Source: Octopus sinensis
Lineage: Eukaryota
NCBI RefSeq assembly: GCF_006345805.1
Contig: NC_043001.1
Span: forward strand, 113,336,001-113,400,000
Reading direction: 5' to 3'
DNA: 64,000 nucleotides
This document shows, one piece after another, positions 40,090-53,291 of this stretch. Each line of letters begins with the position of its first letter. Within the stretch, counting starts at the first letter, position 1. Position numbers and translations under genes: made by a program. The notes beneath the pieces were generated by a model that saw only the letters and a program-made list of their open reading frames with translations, did no database searches and was not told the origin of the DNA.

Positions 40090-40500
40090 TGTATGTATGT
40101 ATGTATATTTGAATGAATGAATGTATGTATGTATGTATGAATGTATGTATGTATGAATGTATGTATATATGCATGTATGTATGTATGCATGTGTGTATGT
40201 ATGTATGTATGTATGAATGTATGTATGTATATATGCATGTATGTATGTATATATGCATGTATGTATGTATGTATGAATGTATGTATATATGCATGTATGT
40301 ATGTATGTATGTATATATGCATGTATGTATGTATGTATGTATATATGCATGTATGTATATTTATCTCTTTCTCTCTCTCTCTCTCTCTCTTTATATATAT
40401 ATACATACATACTCATATACACATACATAATTATATAAACATACTCATATACATAGTTATAATTATATGTGTGTGTGTGTGTGTGTGTGTGTAGAAGGTC
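39800..40500. repeat. (TATG)n compound array
   Basis: Directly visible. Confidence 0.95.
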
Positions 40501-40862
40501 CAAAAGGAACTCACGAGTTGATGTGTTTAAGGAAAATAAGACAAGGTAGAAAATGCTAAAATAATTTTATCATGAAGAACATTTTAGTACCGGTTTCAGC
40601 CTTTGAGATTTTTTCAACTTAGAGTAAAGTACGAAAAACAATTAAATTGTGGAAAAATTAAATGAAATGTTTTAAAAAATATTTCCATAGTTTTTAAATA
40701 CAAGGTTCACTTTCCTTTTTTTTATGTCTGTCTGTGTGTCTCTCTTTTTACTCTTGTGAAGGCTTGGTAGTAGGTAGTAGGTAGTACTAGTCCTAAAAGA
40801 ATATTTGATATGAATTATTGGTTTTGATTGTTTAAGCAGCAGTAGCCGAAGCAGCAGTAGCT

Positions 40863-40995
40863 GAAGAAGAAGAAGAAGAGTGAGTAGGAAAAGAAGAAGA
40901 AGAAGAAGAAGAAGAAGAAGAAGAAGAAGAAGAAGAAGAAGAAGAAGAAGAAGAAGAAGAAGAAGAAGAAGAAGAAGAGTGAGTAGGAAAAGAAG
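40863..40995. repeat. (GAA)n tract with a duplicated gagtgagtaggaaa spacer
   Basis: Directly visible. Confidence 0.95.
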
Positions 40996-41498
40996 AGAAA
41001 GGATAAGAAAAATGCGGGAGTGGTATGACAGTAGTAGGATGTTGGTAGAATCCTCTTAAATGGTCAAGTGACCTAAAAGAGTGATCCACGTTGTGGTTGT
41101 AATAATAATGTTTGGAATTGTTCGGAATAAATTCATGGGCAGTGACTGTTCTGAATATATCGTTTTTATTATTTGCGTGGGTATTATTCTTTTGTGGTGG
41201 ACGTATATATATGTATATGTATGTATATATATACTTATATATATATTCTTTTGTGGTGGACGCATGTAATTTTGTGACTGCCTTTCTAAAGTGGCTTCCC
41301 CTTGAGCTCGTAGGTATAGAGTAAAGCAGAAAAGAAAAGGCAAAGACAAGGACGTTTCATTTAGCTATATAATACGAAAGTAGTGCACAACATGGACAAA
41401 CAAATCCTCGGCATCTCTCTCAAGGACATACCTATTACATAAGTAAATTAAACGTCCTTTTCAAGTCTTCCTAAACCGCTTGCCTTTTCATTTCTGCT

Positions 41499-41586
<88 letters not shown>

Positions 41587-41592
41587 ATACAC

Positions 41593-41760
41593 TGGCGCAG
41601 CAGTGGCTCTGTGGTAAGAAGCTTGCTTCCCAACCACCTGGTTCCGGGTTCAATTCCACTGCGTAGTACCTTGGGCAATTGTCTTCTACTATAACCTTGG
41701 GCCGATCAAAACCTTGTGAGTGGATATGGTACACGGGAGCTGAAAGAAGCTCGTCGTATT
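41593..41760 (+). mobile_element. SINE family B, 5' part
   Basis: ggcgcagcagtggctctgtggtaagaagc..ccttgggcaattgtcttctactataacc. Confidence 0.8.
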
Positions 41761-43695
41761 TATATAAAGCATAATTAAAGGATAAAATCATTAAAATGTA
41801 TGAATTTTATCAGTGACCAGCATATAAAATTCCTTTTAGGCAAAATACATTTATAGAGATATTGATGTATAGGCCTCAATTATACAAAAGCTATTATGCC
41901 TGTATGTTGAAAGAAGACGCCGAATATCTCCTACCACTTCAAATAAAAGTATATATATATATATGGGTGGTGCACAAGCATAGCCGCAGTCAAATGACTG
42001 AAACATGTAAAAGAATAAAAGAATACTAAAAGAATACACATACACACAAACACACTCACGCACTGACTCGTAGGTTTCCGACCCAACGCGAGTTAGCGAT
42101 CCAGCATTAGGATGGGTCTAGGTATGGCGTTTGGATGAAAGAACACAAGAGGAGTTTTAAGACTCATAACAGCTGTCTCGTTAGTTTTCCTAATGCTCGG
42201 CAAAGTGAGTAGTTTTGAATCTTTCTTCCACTACCTATGTTTAATAGCACCTGACGAAAGCAGATTCTTTTTAAAGATTTATTCGTAGTAATTGAACTAT
42301 TCATCAATAAAACAGCGGTTGTGAATCTTTAGACTTCACTTGTACTCTCCTTTATAATTACATATATGAGTGTGTCTGTGTCAATGTCTATGTATATGCG
42401 TGAGCGTACATGCGCGCGCTTATGTGTGCCTGCGTGTGTGTACACATAAATACATACACTCACAAAAACATACACTTATATATGCGTACAATACATAAAG
42501 AACTGCTTCGCAGTAACTTTTCACTGAGAGTGCTTAATAAGAAATGGATATTCGAAGCTATGACAATGGTGTCCCTATGTAGAAAATAGAATAGAAAAGA
42601 GGAATCACAAATACATAATATGAAGCAGCTGTGACTTATGATTGTGTATGTTCGTTTGTGTAACTGAGTGTCTGTACATGTATATGTGTTTGCCCATTGA
42701 AAGAAAATGACCAATCTCTGTTAGGTTTTCCATTTACCATTTCATGAAGACTAGAAATGCCTACGAGATTTTTTTCTCATTACCCAACACTAAATTGTAA
42801 AATATAAATCAAATGCAATAGTGTATATTAAATAGCACAGATATGAACTCATTTAAATATTGAAATATTCACACAAGCTTATATATAATTCCACGTATAA
42901 ATTCATAGCTCTGTTTTAGAGCAACTACATTTCATGTATTTATTTAAGTGCTTAGTCGCACAAGTCAAGCTGAAATGGGATTTGGAATTAGTTTTCAAGT
43001 ATGAACATTTGTACGCATTCCTTTATGAATATTTCTTTTCAATTCTAATCTCATACAGATTTTTCTAACACTGGTTGCTATATATATATAATATATATAT
43101 ATAATGTGTACGTATGTATATGTATGTATATATCAATATATATGTGAAACGACAAAGGAATGTATACGTGTGTGAGCATGCTTTTATAAATATTTATGTA
43201 TAAGTATTCCTTGACGCACATAATATGCATACACTTCCACACATATAAATGAAGTTAGCATTCATAGTTTGAATGCAGTACATTCCGACAGATCTGGGGG
43301 ACAATACTACTATACCGCATAAATCAAAGCGCTTGTTAAATACTTAATAATAAATTAAGATGTTTAGAACTTTGATATTATTCTAAATAATGTAGAACAA
43401 AGTTAGACAACGCACACTATCACATCAAACAAAAATATCTGAAAATCTTTATTTGTCTGGAACAGAGTAGATTTCTGTAAACTGAAGTCGAGACTTGCTT
43501 CGTCAGCCAGCTTCGACAATAAAGACAGCAGCATTTAAATAAATGCATATGTTGTTTCTCTATAACAGAGCTATAAATATATACGTGGAATCCTGCAAGC
43601 ATATTTCTATATTTAAATGAGCTCATATCTGCGCTATTTAATATACATTAATACATTAAAATTATATTTCACGATTTAGTGTGTGTAACGAAAAC

Positions 43696-44346
43696 GGATG
43701 TAGGACTTTTCGTCTAAATCACGTCGGTCTAATGCTCTGTGGTCTAAAGTGACTTTTGTATAAATTCACGATAGTCTAAAGACATTTTTGCCTAGACTGT
43801 CTTTGGTCTAATAACTATTTTGTCTATAGAATCTAAAAAAAAAAAATCGTAAAAGATCTAAATAAATAGGCGTAGGGGTGGCACCTTGGGCAAGTGTCTT
43901 CTACTATAGCATCGGACCGACCAAAGCCTTGTGAGTGGATTTGGTAGACAGAAACTGAAAGAAGCCCGTCGTATATATGTATATATATATATGTATGTAT
44001 GTGTGTGTATGTTTGTGTGTCTGTGTTTGTCACCCCAACATTGCTTGACAACCGATGCTGATGTGTTTACGTCCCCGTAACTTAGCGGTTCGGCAAAAGA
44101 GACCGATGGAATAAGTACTAGGCTTACAAAGAATAAGTCCTGGGGTCGATTTCTTCGACTAAAGGCGGTGCTCCAGCATGGCCACAGTCACATGACTGAA
44201 ACAAGTAAAAGAGTAAAAGAGTAAAGAGTAAAGAATAACTATTCTCTAATAATCCTTCGTGTTCTTTGACGAAAATGCTTTTAGACCAAAGTGTCTTAGT
44301 CTAAAGTTGTTTAGACCAAAGTGTTTTAGACCAAAGTACCGTATCC
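43696..44346. mobile_element. MULE/foldback-like non-autonomous DNA element with subterminal repeats, interrupted by a SINE
   Basis: Ends ggatg.. / ..tatcc with arrays of ggtctaaa (left) and tttagacc (right); candidate 9-bp TSD aacgaaaac / catgagaac (6 of 9 match). Confidence 0.6.
43875..44232 (+). mobile_element. SINE family B, 5'-truncated, nested in the element above
   Basis: gtggcaccttgggcaagtgtc..acaagtaaaagagtaaaaga. Confidence 0.9.
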
Positions 44347-46954
44347 CATGAGAACAATTCCCTAAGATATCCCTGGCCATCATGAATTGGTAAATGGAAA
44401 AGCTAACAGAGAATGACCCTTTTCTTTTAATAGCTGGTACGCACATACACAAACACGCACTCACACGCAAACACATACGCACTAATAAATCAGCTCGATA
44501 CTACCTCTCTGGATATTGTAGCTTTCCGATTGGCTGTCGTTTCGAATATACCGAAATACGATTCTGCCGAAATGAATGAAAATTCATTTAGGACTTGCTA
44601 AACTTTTGTCGTGAGAACTTATCTCTGTTTATAAAAGCCGACTTAGTAAGAGTTTATATAGGAATTATAGTATAGAGTTGAAGCTCATATTTTTTTTAAA
44701 GCTAAATAATCTTATTATCTCCAGATCAGCTTTGATACAGTGTTCTGATCATGATCAGACTGATTTTTTTCTTATTCAGACAACGAGGGTCCTTCTATGC
44801 TATGACAAAGCTTCTATATTGATGGTCGACCAGCTAGAAATATCAGGGAAGTCACCCCAAATCACACACTTGATAACCATTGATTTACTGTAATACTAAT
44901 AATGGATGTTTAACTCCGGACCAATAGCCGAGCAGACGTATGGCCAACAAACTTTCCTGTCCCAATCCCCGATGTCAGTTGTGCAGGAGAAAATCTATGA
45001 TAAAAGTGTTTGAGCCTTATCCATATCTTCTATTTTTCAGGCAAAGTATATCAAAATATACGTTATCTACTATGAAATCCACCCATTTATGGAGTGATTT
45101 GAAGAAGATTTAGCTGTTATTTCCACTGGGTCAAGCGACCGTGTAAAGGTCTGCTGACTGGTGCGTACAGCAATAGTTATATATTATAAATTCTTCGAAA
45201 AGTTATAGACCTGTTAAAGGTCAAGTCATTAGCGAAAATGATTTATAGTCACAATCAGTAAATTAATTACCACTAATGAGGCTTGAAACATGTTAACTTG
45301 AGCAAAGTGAGACATTAGTTAGATTTAAAATATAATAACTAAAAGGAGAGGTATTCAAAAATGATAGCAAAAGCTTTGGGGGATTACAAGTGCTATCTCA
45401 TATTCTTTCAGTTGTTTTAGTAATTGGACTGTGGCCATGCTGGAGCATTTGCTTCTAAGTGTTATTAGCTGATTATATCAAAACTTAGTATCTTGTCCTG
45501 CATTCATTTTATCGTTCATGGAGGCAGACAGAAAGGGAAGGTGAAGGGACGCACACGATATGACTTGACCATTGGTAAGGTACTTTTGTTCGACACTTCG
45601 ATTATTTGTCATCCAATCACACGCACACACACAAACGCACACACGCACACACACACACAAACTCGCGCGCACATACATACGGGTTGAAGGTCGCAGATAG
45701 ATGCATACATACACGTATTTATTTGACTTGGTTTTGTCACGTTTCCGCCATAAATGTTAATAAGATTAATTGTGACAACTCAATAAAATTCTTAATATTA
45801 AAAAGGGTACAGCCAACCCTGATAGTTTGGACACTCTAACTGTGACCATCTGCTTTTTATTATATTATTATTTCAGATGTAAAGTATTTACGACTATTTT
45901 AATATTTAGTGCTTTCATTACTTTTTTAAAAAGATAGGTGGTTACTTATTTAGAGGAGAGTTGAGTACTATTTCTACTAGTTCATGCGACCAAATTAAGA
46001 AAATTAAGAAAATTTATCCAGCATGTGTAGTCTTGAAAATGTTTAAACAAGACCGTTTTCGCATTATTCTGCTTATTTTATTGTCGTTACAAATAAGCAA
46101 ACTTTACTAGAGCAATAAAGGGATCGATTTTCTCAAATTACAGCAATTATTTATCATAGATTCAGGATTTGATGTTTTTAAATAAATATAAACAACAACA
46201 ACATGGAGCGATGTTTTAAATATTCCACAGAGCAAATTTAGCTAATCTTAGCACAGATTAATATATATGGTTTGGTTAAGCGGTGGTTTAAGAACTCCCT
46301 CCCATCATTAAAGTGTGTTAGCTACTGGTTCTGTAACACAACTATGGAATATACATCCTTTTACGCCGGGATATCATGTCAAGATAAGACTCTGCGATAG
46401 AAAATAAAAACCCATATATAAAATATCTTAGTCAAAACCCCCACAGAAATGGAGTAGAAGGGCGGTTGATAAAACAAAAGTATATTATTGCTCAGGCTCC
46501 ACCCGTTTTTTTTTAAAGAAATGGTGAAAGAAAATACCAAAGTCAATGAATAAATGAATAAATAAATAAATAACAATGCTTAACAACAATAATAACTACA
46601 AATATCGATGGAAAAAAATGCTCGTACATTACTTAGCAAAAAGGAAGTGGAGAACTCCCGCATATGAGCAATGGTGATGCTAATGCGGTTTAGCAGCGAG
46701 CTATCGTAGAGGCAATCATAAATTTGACAGACAAAATACGAGATTTATAAACATACGCTAACACGTTCGTACAGGCATACACAATGCATATATACGTATA
46801 CATACATGCATGCATGCATGCATACATACATACATACATACATACAGACAGACAGACAGACAGACAGACAGACCGACAAACAAACATGCAAATGTTCCTA
46901 CGTATTCAAGTATGTATGTATTCCGAATTTGCTAAACCAATCAACAAGCAGTAT

Positions 46955-46995
<41 letters not shown>

Positions 46996-47215
46996 TGTGT
47001 GTAATGAAGATATGGAGGATAGATATGGTATGAATTTACAAAGAAACAATTGCAGCTTTATACATGGAGATACAGATTATTTTGGATAGCAAGACATGAA
47101 TATCTTGTTGGACAGATAACACATAATAGAAGAAATATATTATATTCACATATAATAAACAAATACTTCGATACATGCATTATATACAAGCCTACATACA
47201 TACATATGTGTGTAT

Positions 47216-47257
<42 letters not shown>

Positions 47258-47278
47258 ATATATATATATATATAATTT

Positions 47279-47331
47279 ATATTTAGACATAGTCTATATA
47301 CGTTCATGTAGAGATAAGCACTTCTATAATG

Positions 47332-47373
<42 letters not shown>

Positions 47374-47429
47374 GATATTTAGACATATGTCTATATACGT
47401 TCATGTAGATAGATAAGCACTTCTATATG

Positions 47430-47465
<36 letters not shown>

Positions 47466-47535
47466 ATTGATATTTAGACATATGTCTATATACGTTCATG
47501 TAGATAGATAAGCACTTCTATAATGCTATATATAT
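47279..47535. repeat. Three copies of a 55-60 bp unit separated by (TA)n
   Basis: atatttagacata(t)gtctatatacgttcatgtag(at)agataagcacttctata(a)tgcta three times. Confidence 0.92.
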
Positions 47536-47571
47536 ATATATATGGTATTTATCTATATTTATCTACATATA

Positions 47572-47613
<42 letters not shown>

Positions 47614-48382
47614 GTGTCTGTGTGTCTGTACGTATATATGTATGTGTATTAATGCATAGATGCATATATACATGCATTAATAATATGAATTTTATCATAA
47701 AGGAACAGGGTAAAGAATTAATGACCATGCTTATATCTATAGAGCGTAAAAAGATGAAGAAACAGAGAAAAAAGTTTCCGGGTGAAAATAAGAATGATGT
47801 TGTTGAAACCCAAATTCTGGGTAACGTCTCTTAGGAACCGTATTTATTTCGCTGCAACACTGTAACAAGAGATTCTGTTTGTGTATAGAATTTGCTTAGT
47901 AATAGCAATCTCAGACTACAGTAAAACGTTTGGGTATGCTTTTATACCTGCCTCTCTTACACCGCCTAATGAAGTCGTAGATAAGTTGTTTTTTGTCCCG
48001 TAATATAGAAAAACGAAATGAATAGTCTATTATCAAATTAGCATCAGTTGTGCAACATAGGTAAGGATACAGAGTATTATGCATGCAATACACGTAATAA
48101 TATAAGGCCACATATATGCAAATACTCGTAATGTTACCGGGCTACATGCAAGGGATATAAGTAATGCTATAAATATACAAGACCACATGCAAGCAGTACA
48201 TGCAATGCCATAATGATACATATATGCAATCATAAAATGGCGTATGATAATACAAGAGCTCACTATTTCTCTCTATGTCTCTGTATGCATGTGTGTGTGC
48301 ATAAGTATGTATGTAAGTATATGTGTGTACGTATGTATGTGTGTATATATATATAAATATATTACGTATATATATATATATA

Positions 48383-48770
48383 GGCTCAGGAGTGGCCTAT
48401 GGTTCCGCGTTCAGTCCCACTACGTGGCACCTTGGGCAAGTGTCTTCTACTATAGCCTCGGGCCGACCAAAGCCTTGTGAGCGGATTTGGTAGACGGAAA
48501 CAGAAAGAAGCCCGTCGTATATATGTATACAAATATATATGTATGTGTGTGTATATGTTTGTGACTTTGTGTTTGTCCCCCCAATATCGCTTGACAACCG
48601 ATGTTGGTGTGTTTACGTCCCCGTAACGTAGCCGTTCAGCAAAAGTGACCGATAGAATAAGTACTAGGTTTACAAAGAATAAGTCCTGGAGTCGATTTGC
48701 TAAACTAAAAGGCGTTGCTCCAGCATGGCCGCAGTCAAATGACTGAAACAAGTAAAAGAGTAAAAGAGAG
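48383..48770 (+). mobile_element. SINE family B
   Basis: Head, CORE-like block, internal microsatellite and tail present. Confidence 0.9.
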
Positions 48771-48771
48771 A

Positions 48772-48811
<40 letters not shown>

Positions 48812-48829
48812 AATATTTATCTCTTACGT

Positions 48830-49270
48830 TTTTTCAGTCATTGAAACACGGCCACGCTGGGGCACTACTTAGGAAGGTTTAATCGAACAGCTCGACTCCA
48901 GAACTTAATCATTTTTAAAGCTCGGTACTTATACGATCTGTCTCTTGACCAAAGCATCAAGTTATGGGGACGTTGACAACCCAACACCTGGTGTCATGCA
49001 ATGGTGGGAGACAAACACAAACACAGATATAGACACACTCACACACAGACGCAGACACACACAGATACACACAAACACACACACGCATACGCCGACACAC
49101 GCAGACAGACGCACACATGTCTACATGTATCAATCTATCTTTACCACAGGCTTCTTACCGTTTCCGTCTACCAAATCTACTCACAATGCTTTGGCCAGCC
49201 CAAAGTTCCACGCAGTGGGACTGAACCCTGAACCATGTGGTTCGGAAACAATCTTCTCGCCACGCCTGCA
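48830..49270 (-). mobile_element. SINE family B, degenerate
   Basis: tttcagtcattgaaacacggccacgctgg.. to ..ccatgtggttcggaaacaatc. Confidence 0.75.
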
Positions 49271-49384
49271 CCTAACAGCAGAAAATTTGCAAGAGTGGCT
49301 GAGTGCGATAAGTTGCATGCATGAAACTCTGGAGTCAGTTTTGTAACACTTCTGACCGTTAAAAAACGAAAAAAAAAAAAAAAT

Positions 49385-49788
49385 AGGAGTGGCTGTGTGG
49401 TAAGTAGCTTGCTTACCAACCACATGGTTCCGGGTTCAGTCCCACTGCGTGGCATCTTGGGCAAGTGTCTTCTGCTATAGCCTCGGGCCAACCAAAGCCT
49501 TGTGAGTGGATTTGGTAGACGGAAACTGAAAGAAGCCCGTCGTATATATGTATATATATATATGTGTGTATATGTGTTTGTGTGTCTGTGTTTGTCCCCC
49601 TAGCATTGCTTGACAACCGATGCTGGTGTGTTTACGTCGCCGTCACCTAGCGGTTCGGCAAAAGAGACCGATAGAATAAGTACTGGGCTTACAAAGAATA
49701 AGTCCCGGGGTTGAGTTGCTCGATTAAAGGCGGTGCTCCAGCATGGCCGCAGTCAAATGACTGAAACAAGTAAAAGAGTAAAAGAGTA
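49385..49788 (+). mobile_element. SINE family B, full length, well preserved
   Basis: ggagtggctgtgtggtaag..ggttcagtcccactgcg..cttgggcaagtgtc..acaagtaaaagagtaaaagagta. Confidence 0.95.
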
Positions 49789-49843
49789 TACTCATAACTT
49801 GTTCTATTTCTCCTGTTTGTGAGACCAAATCTTAATATATATA

Positions 49844-50064
49844 CAGTAACCCCTCGCCATATCGCGATTCACTTATCACGGTTTATTATTTAAGATTACG
49901 TCGATTCCTCCGAGGTGTTGTTTTGCTTTTATAATAAAATAAATATATACAAATTATAAAAATAATAGAAGAATATACAGTACAGTACTGTTTCTACTTT
50001 GCGGATTTTCACCGATTTCGGGGTGTTTTGAAACATAACACCCGCGATGGTCGAGGGATTACTA
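49844..50064. mobile_element. Tigger/pogo-type MITE
   Basis: TIRs cagtaacccctcgccatatcgcg / cgcgatggtcgagggattacta, flanked by TA. Confidence 0.8.
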
Positions 50065-50544
50065 TACACGTATACTTACATAAAGAATACGCGCGGGTGT
50101 ACATGTGTGTTAAGTATTATATCTTTGAAGGGTCTGTGTTTGTTATATTTTTTTATTTTGCAATTTTTCAATACTCACAGTGGCTTATATTTAGCAGCCC
50201 AGTGACTCTGTCCTGGCTGCTCAAACAGATCTAAGTTGTGAGCAGGAAACACCAAATACACACAAGAATTTATTCTGAGATCAGCAAAATATTCCAAGAA
50301 CAATTTAGAAACACAGAAAACGTAAGGAAAAGTGGGTGGGAGATAAATGTAACTTTCGGAATGATTTTTTAAAAAAATAATACAGACGACGTTAATTTGC
50401 ATTATTGCTAAAATTAAAATGAAATTAACCTTGACTATTTCGTGGACAGTAGCAAATTTGCTATATACATACATACATACATACATACATACATACATAC
50501 ATACATGTGCTTTCGGGTGATTACAATCCCTGTCAGTAAATATG

Positions 50545-50772
50545 TGTATGTGTGTGTGTGTGTGTGGATATGTTTGTGTGCCTGTGTTTGTCCCTCCACC
50601 ATCGCTTCATAACCGATGTTGGTGTGCTTACGTGCCCATAACTTAGCTGTTCGGCAAAAGAGAACGATAGAATACGCACTAGGCTTACGAAGAATAAGTC
50701 CTGGGGTCGATTTGTTCGACTAAAGGCGGTGCTCCAGCATGGCCACAGTCAAATGACTGAAGCAAATAAAAC
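50545..50772 (+). mobile_element. SINE family B, 3' half
   Basis: gtgtttgtccctccaccatcgc..ccacagtcaaatgactgaagcaa. Confidence 0.85.
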
Positions 50773-50782
50773 AATACACACA

Positions 50783-50820
<38 letters not shown>

Positions 50821-51022
50821 TCGAATGAATGAACAAGGAAAACACGTGGTATCAGTATCACTTTTGAGCATGTAATTCATAATTCAACCATAATCGTGGA
50901 GTAAATAAGGGATTAAGAAGAAATGCATAAAATCTCTTACAAATGTCTGTAGAAAAGTAGTGCATGTGCATAGATTATTGAGCAAAGATTTCTGTATAAG
51001 CTAACTATACCGCCTTTAGAGT

Positions 51023-51206
51023 GGAAGAGATAAGGAATATCCTTAATAAAGGATATTGGCAGTTACCAGCAAAAGATAGTAAGTACGAGTTCTACTGTTG
51101 ATGGCAAAGCAGTATTATAATCTTTTACTAATGATACTCCTTGATTATTCGACAATGGAACTGGTAACTTTAACATTCTTTATTGAGGACATTCCTTTAT
51201 TCTTCC
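51023..51206. repeat. Inverted repeat, about 47-bp arms around a 91-nt spacer
   Basis: ggaagagataaggaatatccttaataaaggatattggcagttaccag versus ctggtaactttaacattctttattgaggacattcctttattcttcc. Confidence 0.85.
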
Positions 51207-51271
51207 TCTCTGAGAACGGTATAGTTGCCTTAAGTTGCCATTAAGGTATAGTTGCCTATAGTTGCCTTAAA

Positions 51272-51501
51272 GGCGGCGAGCTGGCAGAAACGTTAGCACA
51301 CCTGGCGAAATGCTTAGCGGTATTCCGTCTGCGTTACGTTGTGAGTTCAAATTCCGCCGAGGTCGACTTTGCCTTTCATCCTTTCGGGGTCGATAAATTA
51401 AGTACCAGTTACGCACTGGGGTCGATGTAATCGACTTAATACCTATGTCTGTCCTTGTTTGTCGCCTCTGTGTTTAGCCCCTTGTGGGTAATAAAGAAAT
51501 A
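51272..51501 (+). mobile_element. SINE family A, full length
   Basis: Matches the other full copies. Confidence 0.95.
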
Positions 51502-52023
51502 GGTATTTTCTTTTCAAAAATATCTGCAATGCAGCTTGAAATTGTAATGAATCAAGTGGAATACAGTCTCCTTTTATATAAATCGTACCTCCAGGGTGTT
51601 AATTACTTCCTTTAAATATTAATTTGTTTCACTCATTCGAAGACTTTGACTGGCGGAAGCCTCTTCAAACAATCCAATCAAATCGTGGAAAACAAGCTTT
51701 CAAAAGCGCTCACCAGTCAAAAAGATATTGTTTTCATCACAAAATCAAAGAAATTATGCACACAAAACATGTAATTAGCTCCTAATTATATGGTAACCGA
51801 TTGCAATATTTCCAAGCTGTTGATGAAAGTATCTATTTCGTAGGAATTCGCTGAAATTCTGCTTTTAATCAAGGTTTTTGCAAGTCGTGAACGATAATGA
51901 GGGAAATTTCGAATCAAGTCATTTGGGGTCCATCAAACCACCCGCGTTATATGCGGGAACGCAGTATAGCGAGACGCCTTATAAAGGAGGACACTGTAAC
52001 CATGTTTGCTTGTGTGTGTGTGG

Positions 52024-52024
<1 letters not shown>

Positions 52025-52082
<58 letters not shown>

Positions 52083-52117
52083 TAATATATATATATATAT
52101 AATATATATATATATAT

Positions 52118-52214
<97 letters not shown>

Positions 52215-52239
52215 TAATATATATATATATATAATATAT

Positions 52240-52302
<63 letters not shown>

Positions 52303-52330
52303 TATATATCTATATATATATAATATATAG
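52025..52330. repeat. (TA)n array of about 300 bp
   Basis: Directly visible. Confidence 0.97.
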
Positions 52331-52335
52331 TATGT

Positions 52336-52612
52336 GGAGACCAATGGCCTAGTGGTTAGGGGCAGCGGACTCGCGGTCGTAGGATCGCGGTTTCGATTCC
52401 CAACCAGGTGTGTGAGTGTTTATTGATCGAAAACACCTAAAAGCTCCACGAAACTCGGCAGGTGGGTGTGATCCCTGCTGTACTCTTTCATCACTCTTTC
52501 TCTCTCTCTTTCTTCTGTTGGCCTGCTCGCTAGCCAGCGGGGTGGCGTCATTCGAAGGCTAAAACAATGTGACCAGCGATGTGTAGCAACATCTGATGGT
52601 CTGGTCGGTCAC
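52336..52612 (+). mobile_element. SINE with family C head and body but a different tail
   Basis: Shares ggttagg.gcagcggactcgcggtcgtaggatcgcgg..gatccctgctgtactctttca with family C, then diverges to ggcctgctcgc..ctggtcggtcac. Confidence 0.85.
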
Positions 52613-53074
52613 TGATATATATATATATATAAAAAATATATATATTATATATATATATAACTATATAATATTATCTATATATAATATTATATATATGGTA
52701 TATATATATATATAAAGTCATAATGTATGAAAGGTGAATATAGATATTTTCCCACATGACTTCCGTATTATTATAGCTGTTTCGTCACTTTCATCATGTA
52801 GTATTATTACTTTCAATATTGCAAAATAATTATATGCACGTTTACACCAATGCGCATGCTCAACATTATGCAACTGAATATTCACGAATTATTGTAAATA
52901 AAGCCAACTCATCAGGTTATCGAGTCATAATAGGTATATCCACGAACCTTTTCTACTGCCTATGGATTTGGAAAGATTACCGCAAAGCTATCTGTTCAAC
53001 GCTCTAGCGACCCTGCCAATGGGCTACCTATATCTACATACACGTACGCACAATTACACAGACACTGAGGCACA

Positions 53075-53117
<43 letters not shown>

Positions 53118-53291
53118 GCACACAGAGACACAGACACACACACACATATACAGAGAGAAGAAAAGAATGTAAGAAAATGAGAAAGCTACACATATAATAA
53201 TGTGTTGTGTGTTGTGTGCGTGTGTGTATATATATATTTATATATACGTACATATATAAAAATTCTTATAATTATGAGTATAATTATAATA

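Noticed and set aside
20389-47535. Repeat-spacer patterns (20389, 37005, 47279) as possible CRISPR arrays
   Set aside because: Eukaryotic context; the spacers are microsatellites or absent; no cas genes
50192-50321. AG..GTAAGG exon-like segments here and at 48009-48060
   Set aside because: Stops in all three frames
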